A DNA stretch of 47,724 nucleotides from contig JAVKOQ020000103.1 in the NCBI GenBank assembly GCA_031835245.2, forward strand, positions 124,001 through 171,724, in the 5' to 3' direction. The notes beneath the pieces were generated by a model. It was not told the DNA's origin. It did not search any database and was given only the letters and a program-made list of their open reading frames with translations. The DNA comes from Balamuthia mandrillaris. Lineage: Eukaryota. A program made the translations under genes and the position numbers. This document shows positions 30,703 to 42,200 of the stretch, piece by piece (within the stretch, counting starts at the first letter, position 1; each line of letters starts with the position of its first letter).

Positions 30703-33700
30703 GAAAAATGCAGAAAAATAGGGCACTGACACACAAGAGCACTGAATTGATTGATAGTCAGGAGAGGGAACAGGTCCTACTTTGATGGGTGAATCTGGCC
30801 ATGAAGGAACGTCTTAGACTGGGGACTCTGAACAGTAATTGTTCATGGAAGCACGCTTTGCAAGCTGTGCAAAAAAAGGCAAAGATCCCTGAATGTTTTG
30901 TCAAAGGAGACAAGAAAAATCAGTTTTTGGAGAAAGTGTTCAAGTTAGCAGTGGAAAAGTATGAGTACCAGAATACTACCACAGTCAAGTTTCCTTCTTC
31001 TCAAAGGGCTAACCAAAAGGAGGAGGATGACAAAGGTGCAGAGGATCAGTGTAACTCAGTAGTGGATTCGCCCCGTATTAGCAGTGTTTCTTGTGAGTGT
31101 GGTAAGCTCTCCAAGGCAGGCATACTTTCACTCGCAGTGATTGTATGATTCAGGAGCCTGATTGAATCTCTTGACCAGGAGATTAATAATCTTATGGCAG
31201 TGGAAAAAGGAAGTGCAAAAGGTACCAAAGGCAGTCCTACTCTGGGTGCCCATTATCAACGGTCATACACAGAGGTGGTTGGATCTGCTCCATAGTGTGA
31301 CCAGATTATTGCAGAAAAGAAATTCCCTCCAATGGTAACTATAGCTAGCACACTAAGCTTGGGATACTAGAAGGAAGAAATGGCAAAAGATCAAGAGATA
31401 TGTTGGCAGGATAACTCTAACATATATAGGATAACATGGACTAAGGATATGGTAACTGACCTGAACTGTTGATCTATAGTAAAACCAAAGTATGGCTTTG
31501 CCAGTCCCTACTCTTGGAGCTATGGTGGGTAGATCGATTATGGTGAGCAGTAAGGACCTTTAAAAGGAAAAAGTGTGTAAGAAGATTTTCAAGTTGGAGC
31601 TCAAGCATGTTGGAGTGTGGAAAGTAGGAGAGAAGAATGGCACACAGCATTGGGGAGTTACTCTGGAGACGGCCCAGGCTGCCATTATTGCAGAAAGAGC
31701 CAGGCTGGTGAGTGGGCAAACGGTTTGCTCAATCAAAGAAGCCAAGAATGAAGGCAAACCACTGTGAAAGCCTAAAGAGAAAAGAAATAGGGAGAAGAGG
31801 AAGGAAAAGGAGGAGAATATTGGAACAGTGGCTTCAGACAGCTTGTTGGAACTCTCTGGCTTTGTACTGGCTGAGGAGGAGCATCATAGTACTGCCAACT
31901 GGTCTGACATTGTGGATGAGGAAGGGGAGGAGACCCAATGACTTCAATAGCATTTGTCAACTCTAGGGGCTGGGGACATGAGGAATTGGTCAGCAGTTGA
32001 GCGGACAGTAAGCAATTTGACATTGTTGGAGTGTGCAAACACAGGAGGATGGTTGCCCTGCACTTGGAGGGATATTGGTGGATGGGAAGAGGGGCTGCTC
32101 CAGGAAGGAGTGGCTATGGAAGGGGTGGTGCAGGATTCTTCGTTTGTGAGGGCTTTCAGGGAAACATTAGAGAAAGGAGGCAAACATTCAACTCCACTTG
32201 GGTGGAACTAGCAGGACAGAGTTGCGTCTTTATAATCAGTAGGATGACTTCAAGGTCGCCTTGGCTACTATTGAGAAGAGAATCCTGGACGTGGTCAAGG
32301 AAGACTCCTGATTATTGGAGGAGATTGGAATGCCAGGGTTGGAAAGGGCTGGAATGGTAGAGCTGAATTACTTACAACATGAGAGGAAAGGTGTTGATGG
32401 TCTTTCAAAAGGCTGGCCCTCTCAGTGCCTCAGCTTGAAGAGGAAACACCAGTGTTTACATGGAAAGCTGGAAGATGAAATGAACAAAAGAGCTGTGGAC
32501 TATGTGGTAGCATGGAGATGGACAGGCAAGGTAGTTGGCGACAGGTGGCAAGCATGGACTGATCATCAGCCTCTGGTAGTGAAGTTGAAGGATTCAGATA
32601 ATTGCAACAGGGTTTGGATGGAACGTTGCAAGTGGAGTCCGACTCAGAGGAAGATCACAAGAGGTGGAGGGAGTACAAATGCAGGTGCAAGTGTTTCTTC
32701 AAAGAAGAGCCATGGTGAGGAAAACGCAGGAGGGAGTAGCTACGGTTGAAGATCTTTAGAGCAAGTGGAAAAAAAGATTGTAGGATAGTACAATGAGATG
32801 GTTTGGTAGAGAAAGGAGACTGGTTGGAGCAACAACAAGCAGGACAAGGAAGCCATGGTGGATGGCAGAGTTAACATCCTTGCACAAGCAGGAGGTGGAA
32901 GCCCATGCTCAGTGGCTGAGAGAAGGAAAGAATGATGGAAAAGCCAGAGAGGATTTTGTGGAACTTAGGAAAAGGTTTAAGAAGTTGTGAAAAGCCAATA
33001 AATGGGACTGGATAAAGTGAATTGACAAGAGAACATCAAGAAAATGCAGAAATGGATTGGCAACATGTTGAGGAAAGTGGCAAAGCTAGAGCAGAGCCCA
33101 AAGCAGTTATTATGCACCATGGTAGCATGGCAGCCTTCAAGGAACATTGGGCAAAGCTGGGAAGGAAGGATTTTTCCATCAAGAGCTTGCCTTGAGAGGA
33201 AGCAGGTACAGAAGGACCCGTCTTAGTCTGGCAGCAGTTGGCTTAAGAAGGAAAGCTTTAATCTTGCAAGGAGGAAAAGATTGAGTGTGGGCAAAGCAGC
33301 TAGAGTGGATAATATCAATGGGGAAATGATGAAAATAGGAGGTAAACATGTGCAAGATGTGACTTGGACACTGATCAAGGCCATTGAGAACCAAGACGTG
33401 TTCCCCAAGGAGTGGAAAGAGGCCTGGTGGTTATCTCCTTGTATAAGGCAGGAGATCCCCAGAACCCAGCAAACTAAGAGGAATTACCCTCCTATGCAAT
33501 GCAGCCAAGGTGTTTGAGGGAGCTATCTTGGTGCAGTGGAACATACAAGCAAGAGAGCAAGGGTGAATAAGTGATTGCCAGGGCAGATTTAGAAAAGGAG
33601 GAGGAGTCATGGATCAAGTGTGGCAGTTGAAGAAATGCCTGATGAAGAGAAGCAAAGAATGTACTTATATTGCTCTGTTGGATATCAGCAAGGCATATGA

Positions 33701-33866
33701 CACGCTTGACCATGACATACTGGCAAGGACATTGCACAAAAGAGGAGCAGAAGAGGCAGCAGTAGGCATCATTTTAAAGTGGTACCGTAGTTTGACAAGT
33801 GTCATTCACATGAATGGGCAACTCTTTGAGGAATTTCTGGTAGAAAGAGGAGTTATGCAAGGAGGC
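30703..33866 (+). mobile_element. Degenerate older copy of the LINE (ORF1 plus ORF2 up to the RT 'QGG' motif), 3' part deleted
   Basis: Colinear with 37882-41218. Many stops, small deletions and CpG->TpG/CpA changes. Confidence 0.92.
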
Positions 33867-34070
33867 GAGTTGGTTTGCATGGACCTGATTGGTAAGTTGC
33901 CCTTGATAGCTAAAGGGTACTGATATGCCTTGGTCACCATCAATACCTTCACACGTTGGCTGGGCATTTGTCCATTGAAGACAAAACAAGCTTTCAACTC
34001 TTCTGGGCATCAAGCATAAATACACCACAGCAGAGCATCCCCAAGGAAACAGCATAGTTGAATGATCATT
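33867..34070 (+). mobile_element. Ty3/Gypsy integrase core fragment
   Basis: ELVCMDLIGKLP...YALVTINTFTRW..ICPLKTK and LGIKHKYTTAEHPQGNSIVE. Confidence 0.8.
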
Positions 34071-34270
34071 CAGGAGAAAGATGAAGAAAGTTTAAGCTAA
34101 TATGTGACATTAGTATAGAAGAGCTTTTACAGATGCTCTCCAAGTGTGTACATTAAGAAGAAAAGCTAAAACAAAAAGGGGTGAGAGAATTTGGGGAATT
34201 CAGAGAGAGTGTTGACAAGAAGTCATAATGACACGAATTGTTGGTTTTTCAACATCCAGTCTCCTTTCTC

Positions 34271-34312
34271 CAAGGAGAGATAGGAATAGGTTCATGGGAG
34301 AGTGGTATAACA
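34271..34312 (-). mobile_element. Partial LTR (5' end) of the same Gypsy family, inverted
   Basis: Reverse complement TGTTATACCACTCTCCCATGAACCTATTCCTATCTCTCCTTG matches the sequence from 35885 onward. Confidence 0.75.
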
Positions 34313-34938
34313 ATACAAACACACCACTGAGTAATGTATGTTGCTGTTAGCATCTTGCTTGATAGGATAGTGAGAGGAGAGTTCTAGGAACAGTTGGAGC
34401 AAGCACAATGATGCTGGTATACAGCCATTTAACCACCTGACTGAAAAGAAATGGCAAGGGAAAAATGGGCTGCAAAATCGTCCCTGCGCCTCCCTGCTAC
34501 TTTTAGCGGGGAAATCAATGTCGACAAGGACCATTGCCAAACCAAAGCATTGCGCGTTGATCACCTGCAAATCTATAATGAGCATTAATGGATGGCAAAA
34601 GAAGACATGAGGGTGATCTTGAGTGTCTTTTCTTCTTTGTGATTTGCTTTTAATAACCAAGATACCCTCAGTTATATAATATTTATGTCTATTGATTGTC
34701 TTCTTTCTCTCTTTTTCTCTTTTTCCCTTTTGTGTTTGTTGCCCCCCAAAAGTACAACACACAGTGCCTGCAGTTCTTGTTCCCCTTGCCCTTTTCCTCC
34801 TTTCTCCCTCCCTTGCCTTCTGCTTTCACTCCTTTCCTCTCTTTTCTTTCCTGCTGTTCTCTTTGTGAGCAATAGTGAGAGGAGAAAGGTGAAACAGCAG
34901 GAGGAGTTGTTCACTGTGTGAACACAGACCATTGATCT

Positions 34939-36021
34939 TGTTATTCTACTTTCCCATTATACCTATCCCTATTTCTCCTTGTATATATATATCTTTTTTT
35001 CATTTTATTAAAGGTCTTTTCCCTACACCCATTAAGTTGGTGTCTATTAGGTTGTTTCCCTACCAGCCTTATCACACTTGGCGACATTGGCTTACTTTTT
35101 TCTTGGTAAGTTCGGTTTTCGGGTGATTAACCTATTTTGGATACTAGGGGTTTTTCAGAGGAAACTTGGAGCGCTTCTGTAGCAGTTTTCAGTGACATAG
35201 AATGTCAGGAACTTTGCCGCAGTCTGGTACAACTCCTTCTTCTGGTGCACAGAGCAGTTCACCTTCCAGTGGTGCTATCCCTCCAGCTTCCAGCACTCCT
35301 TCCCTTACTACTTCTACAACCCTTCCCATGGACAGACTAGACGCCATTGACCAGGCTCTCTCTGAGCTTCATGCAAGCCAAGCGAACCATGACAGGCTCT
35401 TGGTCAAGCAGGCTGGTGACACTTCTGCTTTGTTTGACCATATTGACCAAATTGATGCAAAGTTGGAAACCTTTGCAGATGAGCTCTCAAACAACATCAA
35501 ATGAGCAAATGATCATCATGATGTAGCTTTTGTGGCTCTTAAGTTTAAGGTTGGCGACCTGGTTCTCATTCACTCCAAAGCCACATCAGTAGGTGAGTCA
35601 AAAAAATTTTGATGTTGTTGGAAAGGAGGACCCTTCAAGATTATCGAAATCTGTTCTCCGCAGATAATCAAGGTGCGGAATACTGCTAGTCCTGAAATGG
35701 ATAAAGTAGGTCGAGGACTTGAATATAGGTTGAAGTGGAAAGGTTTCTCCAACCGCCACAACTCTTGGGAGCCTGAGCGCAACGTTATCAACGCTCTAGA
35801 CCTGGTCCAGGCATATTGGAGAGCAGTGTCATGATTATCAGCCTGACAGTCAATCACAGATGACTTTGGCCTGGGAGGGGGAAGTGTTATACCACTCTCC
35901 CATAATACCTATTCCTATCTCTCCTTGTATATATATCTCTTTTTTTCATTTTATTAAGGTTTTTTCCCTACACCCATTGAGTTGGTGTCCATCAGGTTGT
36001 TCCCTTACCGGCCTTATCACA
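34939..36021 (+). mobile_element. Miniature internally deleted chromovirus (Ty3/Gypsy): LTR-PBS-gag start-GPF motif/chromodomain-PPT-LTR
   Basis: LTRs 34939-35076 and 35885-36021 (TG...CA). TSD ATCT at 34935-34938 and 36022-36025. PBS TGGCGACA at 35079, purine-rich PPT at 35872-35884. FKVGDLVLI..GPFKIIE and chromodomain EYRLKWKGFSNRHNSWEPERNV. Confidence 0.9.
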
Positions 36022-36088
36022 ATCTTTTTTGGCTTTGTTATGTTTAAAAATAGTAGTAGGTATGTTTTCATAGTAGTAGGAGGGTGGG

Positions 36089-36137
36089 GTATAGTTTGGT
36101 GTTGTCCTCAAAGCAAATAAACTTCTTATTACTACTA
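36089..36137 (+). mobile_element. Severely 5'-truncated LINE 3' end
   Basis: GTATAGTTTGGTGTTG..AGCAAATAAACTTCTTATTACTACTA matches 42723-42771. Confidence 0.75.
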
Positions 36138-36259
36138 AAAGCTAATGCTGATTGCTAACCTGTAACTCTATAGACATATCTTTTCATCATGTACAAGAGA
36201 GAAGAGATGAGTGGAGACAAGAAAGAGGAAATGTGTGTATGCAAGAAGATGAGCATAGA

Positions 36260-36291
<32 letters not shown>

Positions 36292-36899
36292 CTGAAGAGA
36301 GATATACAGTAGGAGGAAAAAATGCACAATGTTTGCAGCAACAAACTTAAATGGTTACAAACTGTCTGGTGTAAACATTTCCTTGTGAAACAAAGAAAGG
36401 TCATCCTCTTCATTTTCCTTTTTTTCCCTTTTTCCTCATGACACACTCAAAGTACACACTTTGGTCCACACCTCTTTTCTTGTAAATAAACCCAGAGTTG
36501 CTTATATGCTGTCCCTTTCTTGATCCACAGGGTTTATCCCCCATCAACATGCAGTTGTTATAGAAATTGAAATCCCAAGTCCCTTTATCTTGAACATCAG
36601 GATAAAGGAGCTTGCCTGAGAATAGTATGCTGACCAGGCATTGATAATGATAGCATAAGGTATGGCAAACCCAACCTTCATAATCCAAAACTATAACTAA
36701 ACTTTTGCATGCTTCAATTCATTGCCAGAAAAAAAAAGAAGGACAGTTCTTCATTGTTTAAACCTTTTCTATTACCAATTGCCAGATTGCTGGCTCTATA
36801 GCAGCTGTTTTTTGTGATGAGAAGCAGGAGGCAGAAGTGGAATGCTTGTTGCTCCTCATGAGGAGTTTACCAAACACTTACTTCAAGACTCCTCATGTT

Positions 36900-37560
36900 G
36901 GATTGGTCCCAGAACCTTGAATTCAAGGACGTCTTCTGCTACAAGCTTCCTGAGCCAGGAAGTGTTAAACTTCCTCCTCACAAGATAGTCCTAATGGATT
37001 ATACCCCATCCGTGTGAAGCCTCACAAGGTCAGCACCAAGGTTCAGGAGACCATTGATGCTGCCATGGATGACATGCTACTCATGGGCATCATTTGCAAA
37101 TCTGTCAGTGGATGAGCACACCCAGTAATCATCATCATCAAGAAGGACGGAAAACCATGTTTCTGTATTGATTACAGAGAGCTAAACAAACGGACAGTGA
37201 AGGACACACATTGATGACCTCATCGTTTTTTCCAAGACATTTAAGGACCACCTTGTTCACTTACGCAAGGTCTTTGAGCGTCTCTGTGAGTATCAACTCT
37301 ATGTGAAGGTCAACAAATGTGCCTTTGTGAAGAAGACAATGGAGTACCTTGGACATATGGTGTCTAGTGATGGAATTAGTCCTGTGCAGAGCAAGGTCAA
37401 GGTGGTGCAAGATTGCCCTTGCCCTACCACGAGGAAGCAACTACAAAGCTTCCTTGGACTTGCAAACTATCACAAGTTCATCCATCATCTTGCTGAAATG
37501 GTGAAGCCTCTCACTGACCTCATGAGCCCCAAAACGAATTCGTGTGAAGTGATGAGCAGG
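36900..37560 (+). mobile_element. Ty3/Gypsy reverse transcriptase fragment (internally deleted)
   Basis: HPVIIIIKKDGKPxFCIDYRELNKRTVKD / IDDLIVFSKTFKDHLVHLRKVFERL..VKVNKCAF..EYLGH..LQSFLGLANY. Confidence 0.85.
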
Positions 37561-37721
37561 AACAGGCTTTTCAAGGGATAAAGGAGTTTTGAGACAAGAA
37601 GTGTATTCAAGAGAATAGAGGAAGGACAATGAGAGTGAATCTTCAATATTGCTTCAAAGTACATCAAGAGAAAGGAGGAAAAGGAGAAAGGAAAGATGGA
37701 TAAATACAAAAAAAAGGAGAG

Positions 37722-37836
37722 TTGAGGATGAGGAAATAAGAAAAGTAAAAGTACACTATGGCTGTCCAATGCTTACTTTTTATGTATAGTTTGGTGTTGC
37801 TCCCAGAGCAAATAAACTTCTTATTACTACTACTAC
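37722..37836 (+). mobile_element. 3' UTR and (TAC)n tail of another LINE copy, just upstream of the full-length element
   Basis: Homologous to 42661-42771 and keeps both hairpins and the tail. Confidence 0.85.
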
Positions 37837-37886
37837 ATATTATTCTATAATTATAAGGATGAAAAAGTTATCCTAGGGGGGGAAAA

Positions 37887-39242
37887 ATGCGGAAAAATAG
37901 GACTCTGCCACGCAAGAGCACTGAATTGATTGACAGTCAGGAGAGGGAACAGGTCCTACGTCGATGGGTGGATCTGGCCATGAAGGAACGTCTTAGACTG
38001 GGGACCCTAAACGGTAATCGTTCGTGGAAGCCCGCTTTGCAAGCTGTGCAAAAAGAGGCAAAGATCCCCGAGGGTTTTGTCAAAGGGGACAAGCTAAATC
38101 AGTTTCTGGAGGAAGCGTTCAAGTTGGCGGTGGAAAAGTATGGGCACCTGAACACTACCACAGTCAAGATTCCTTCTCCCAGGGTGAACCAAAAGGAGGA
38201 GGACGACAGAGGGGCAGAGGATCAGTGTAACTCGGTAGCGGATTCGCCCCGCCGAGAGGAAGGGACAAGTGTTGTGCCCAAGGGGAAGATTGATTCGGAC
38301 TCAGTCAGTGCAGACGGCGTTAAGGAGCGAACCAATAGTCAAGTGGCGCTGCTGTTTGATTGTATTAGCCGTGTTTCTCACGAGTGTGGTAAGCTCTCCG
38401 AGGCAGGCGTACTCTCACTCGCAGTGATTATACGATTCAGGGACCTGATTGAATCCCTCGACAAGGAGATCAATAATCTTATGGTGGAAAAAGGAAGTGC
38501 AAATAGTACCAAAGGCGGCCTTACTCTGGGTTCCCAACGGTCTTACGCGGAGGTGGTCGGATCAGCTCCGCGGTGTGATATGATTACTGCGGAAAGGAAT
38601 TTCCCTCCAACGGCAACTACAGTCAGCGCGCCAAGCTTGGAATACTGGAAGGAAGAAATGGCAAAGGAACAAGGGATATGTTGGCAGGATAACTCCAACA
38701 TATACAGGAGGACGTGGACCAAAGATACAGTAACCGACCCGAACTATTGGTCTACAGTAAAACCAAAGTATGGCTTTGCCAGTCCCTACTCCAAGGTAGG
38801 GGCGGTGGAGGGCAGATCGATTGTGGTGAGCGGTAAGGACCTTAAGAAGGAAAAGGTAAGTGAGAGGATCTTCGCGCTGGGGCTCAAGCACGTCGGAGTG
38901 TGGAAAGTAGGAGAGAAGAATGGCACGCAGCATTGGGGAGTTACTTTGGAGACGGCCCAGGCTGCCGAAGACATTATTGCGGAAAGAGCCAGGCTGTATG
39001 CTTTTACCCGCTGGTGGGTGGGCAAAGCCCGATTTGAAGAAGCCAAGAATGAAGGTAAACCGCTGTGGAAGCCTAAAGAGCAAAGAAAGATGGAGAAGAA
39101 GAAGGAAAAGGAGGAGAATGTTGGAACAGTGGCCTTGGACAGCTCTTTGGAACTCTCAAGCATCGCGCTGGCTGAGGAGGAGTATCATGGTGCTGCCAAC
39201 TGGTCTGACATTGTGGAGGAGGAAGGAGAGGAGACCCAATGA
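37887..39242 (+). CDS. LINE ORF1 protein (451 aa; helical segment, SYAEVV motif, possible RRM-like C-terminal region)
   Basis: Open 451-aa ORF directly upstream of ORF2, also present decayed at 30.7-31.9 kb. No CCHC knuckle seen. Confidence 0.85.
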   Translation: MRKNRTLPRKSTELIDSQEREQVLRRWVDLAMKERLRLGTLNGNRSWKPALQAVQKEAKIPEGFVKGDKLNQFLEEAFKLAVEKYGHLNTTTVKIPSPRVNQKEEDDRGAEDQCNSVADSPRREEGTSVVPKGKIDSDSVSADGVKERTNSQVALLFDCISRVSHECGKLSEAGVLSLAVIIRFRDLIESLDKEINNLMVEKGSANSTKGGLTLGSQRSYAEVVGSAPRCDMITAERNFPPTATTVSAPSLEYWKEEMAKEQGICWQDNSNIYRRTWTKDTVTDPNYWSTVKPKYGFASPYSKVGAVEGRSIVVSGKDLKKEKVSERIFALGLKHVGVWKVGEKNGTQHWGVTLETAQAAEDIIAERARLYAFTRWWVGKARFEEAKNEGKPLWKPKEQRKMEKKKEKEENVGTVALDSSLELSSIALAEEEYHGAANWSDIVEEEGEETQ

Positions 39243-42200
39243 CTTCAGTAGCGTTTGTCAACTCTAGGGGCTGGGGACAAGAGGAATTGGTCAGCTGTTG
39301 GGCTGACAGTAAGCAATTTGACATTATTGGAGTGTGCGAACATAGGAGGATGGTTGCCCCTCGATTGGAGGGGTATCGGTGGATGGGTGGAGGGGCTGCT
39401 CCAGGGAGGAGTGGCTATGGAAGGGGTGGCGCAGGTTTCTTTGTTCGAGAGGGCTACAAGGGGAACATCGGAGAAAGGAAAGAGTGGCGAACACCCAACT
39501 CCACTTGGGTGGAACTGGCGGGACAGGGTTGCATCTTTATAATCGGTATAGTGTATCTCCCTCCAGGAGGTACCGTGGACAACTTTAAGGTCACCTTGGC
39601 TGCGATTGAGAAAAGAATCCTGGACGTGGTCAAGGAAGGAAGACCCCTGATTATTGGAGGTGATTGGACCGCCAGGGTTGGAAAGGGATGGAATGGTAGA
39701 GGTGAATCTACTTACAACACGAGAGGAAAGGTGTTGGTGGAGGCTTTCAAAAGGCTGGCCCTCTCGTTGCCTCAGCTCGAAGAGGAAGCGCCAGTATTTA
39801 CATGGAGAGCTGGAAAACGAAAGAGCATTGTGGACTATGTGGTAGCATGGAGATGGACGGGCAAGGTAGTTGGTGACAGATGGCAAGCTTGGACCGATCA
39901 TCGACCACTGGTAGTCGAGTTGAAGGACCCAGCAGATAATTGTGGCGGGGTTTGGATGGAACGATGGAAGTGGAAGTCCTACTCGGAGGAAGATCGCAAG
40001 AGGAGGTGGAGGGAGTACAAACGCGGGTGCAAGCGTTTCTTCAAAGGAGAGGAATGGAAGGCCATGGTCAAGAAAACACGGGAGGGAACAGCTACTGTTG
40101 AAGATCTTTGGAGCAAGTGGAAAAAAGGATTGTGGGATTGTGCAATGAGATGGTTTGGTAGAGAAAGGAGACTGATAGGAGCAACAACAAGCAGGGCAAG
40201 GAAGCCATGGTGGACAGCAGAGTTAACATCCTTGAACAAGCAGGTAGTGATAGCCCATGCTCAGTGGCTAAGAGAAGGAAAGAATGATGGAAAGGCCAGA
40301 GAGGAATTTGTGGAACTCAGGAAAAGGTTTGTGAAGTTGTGGAGAGCCAACAAATGGGACTGGATGAAGTGGAAAAGACAAGAGAACATCAAGGAAATGC
40401 AGAAATGGATCGGCAACATGTGGAGGATAGTGGCAAAGCGTAGAGCAGAGCCCAAAGCAGTTAGGGAGCACCACGGTAGCACGGCAGCCTTCAAGGAACA
40501 TTGGGCAAAGCTGGGAAGGAAGGATTCTTCCATTGGGAGCTTGCATCGAGAGGAAGCAGGTCCAGAAGGACTACCTTGGTCTGGTAGTAACTGGCTTAAG
40601 AAGGAGAGTTTTAATCTTGCATGGAGGAAAAGATTGAGGGTGGGCAAAGCAGCTGGGGTGGACAATATTGATGGGGAAATGATGAAGTATGGAGGCAAAC
40701 ATGTGCAAGATGCAACTTGGACGCTGATCAAGGTCATTGAGAACCAAGGCATATTCCCCAAGGAGTGGAAACAGGGGGTGGTTATTCCCTTGCATAAGGC
40801 AGGAGATCCCCAGAATCCAGCAAACTATAGAGGTATTACTCTCCTATGCAATGCAGCCAAGGTGTTTGAAGGAGCTATCTTGGTACAATTGAACATACAA
40901 GCAAGAGAGCAAGGGTGGATAAGTAATTGCCAGGGTGGATTTAGAAAAGGAAGGGGAGTCATGGATCAGGTGTGGCGGTTGAAGAAATGCCTGATGAAGA
41001 GAAGCAAAGAACGTACCTATATTGCTCTGTTGGATATCAGCAAGGCATATGACATGCTTGACCATGACATACTGGCAAGGACATTACGCAAAAGAGGAGC
41101 AGAAGAGGCAGCAGTGGGTATCATTACAGAGTGGTACCATGGTATGACGAGTGTTATTCGCATGAATGGGCAGCTTTCAGAGGAATTTCTGGTGGAAAGA
41201 GGAGTTAAGCAAGGAGGAGTTTTGTCTCCATTCTTGTTCAATGTATACATTGATGTGGGGGCAAGAAAGCTACAAGCTGCAGAGGAGAAGGAAAGAGGAG
41301 ATAAAGCAAGGAATGTTTGCTTGTTGTTTGCAGATGACTTGGCAGTGGTGGCCAGCGACCCATTTGAGCTTCAGAGAAGATTGAATGTAGCAGTGGAGGC
41401 AGTGAATGCTCTGGGACTTCAGTTCAATGCAAAGAAATCAGTGGTGCTAGTACAAGGAAAGAAGGCTCATTTTCAAGAGTGGAGACTGAAGGGGGAGGCT
41501 GTGAAACGGGTGAAGGAGGCCAAGTACCTGGGACTGTGGTTTGAAGAAAGTGGGGAATGGACAACTCATGCCAAGGAGAGGATCACCAAGGCCAAGCAAG
41601 CCCTCTACAGCCTTAGGCAGCGGGGAGCCATTGCCCAAGGCCTTGGTACACGCACTGCCCAGATTGCTGCAGAGGCTATTGTCAAGTCTACCTTGTCATA
41701 TGGATTATGTATGACAGAGCTTTCCAAATCATGGTGGAAGAAGATCGAAGCAGTGTGGAATGAGACAGCAAGAAGTGTATTGCAAGTTCATCGAAGGACT
41801 GTGGCGGGGGTTTGTAGAGCAGAATTGGGCTGGTTGACCATCAAGGCCTACTGTGAGTTGGAAAGACAAGCAGTAATTCATCATGCTGAGAGGCAAGATG
41901 GCCACTTTGAGCTACTTGAAGAGGTAAGCCAAGCAAGTGAAGAGGAAGGGGAGAAGAATGAAGGTGAGGGAGGTGACGGAACGACAGTTGTTGAAAAGAA
42001 AGCCAAGAGGATGAGGGCCTTAACTCGAGTAGCCAAGATGGAGTATGCAGCTGAAGGAGAAAGAGGAACAAGAGCATGGCTATGGCATAACTTCTTGACA
42101 AATGGAAGATGTTTGGTTGGACAACAACGGAGCTTAGTGATTACCAACCCAAGGAAAGAACGTTTGATGAATGCTATTCGCTGTGGTGGACTGCCTATTG

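Noticed and set aside
34320..34930. Possible gene fragments here and at 36330-36870
   Set aside because: Short interrupted frames with no recognisable motifs.
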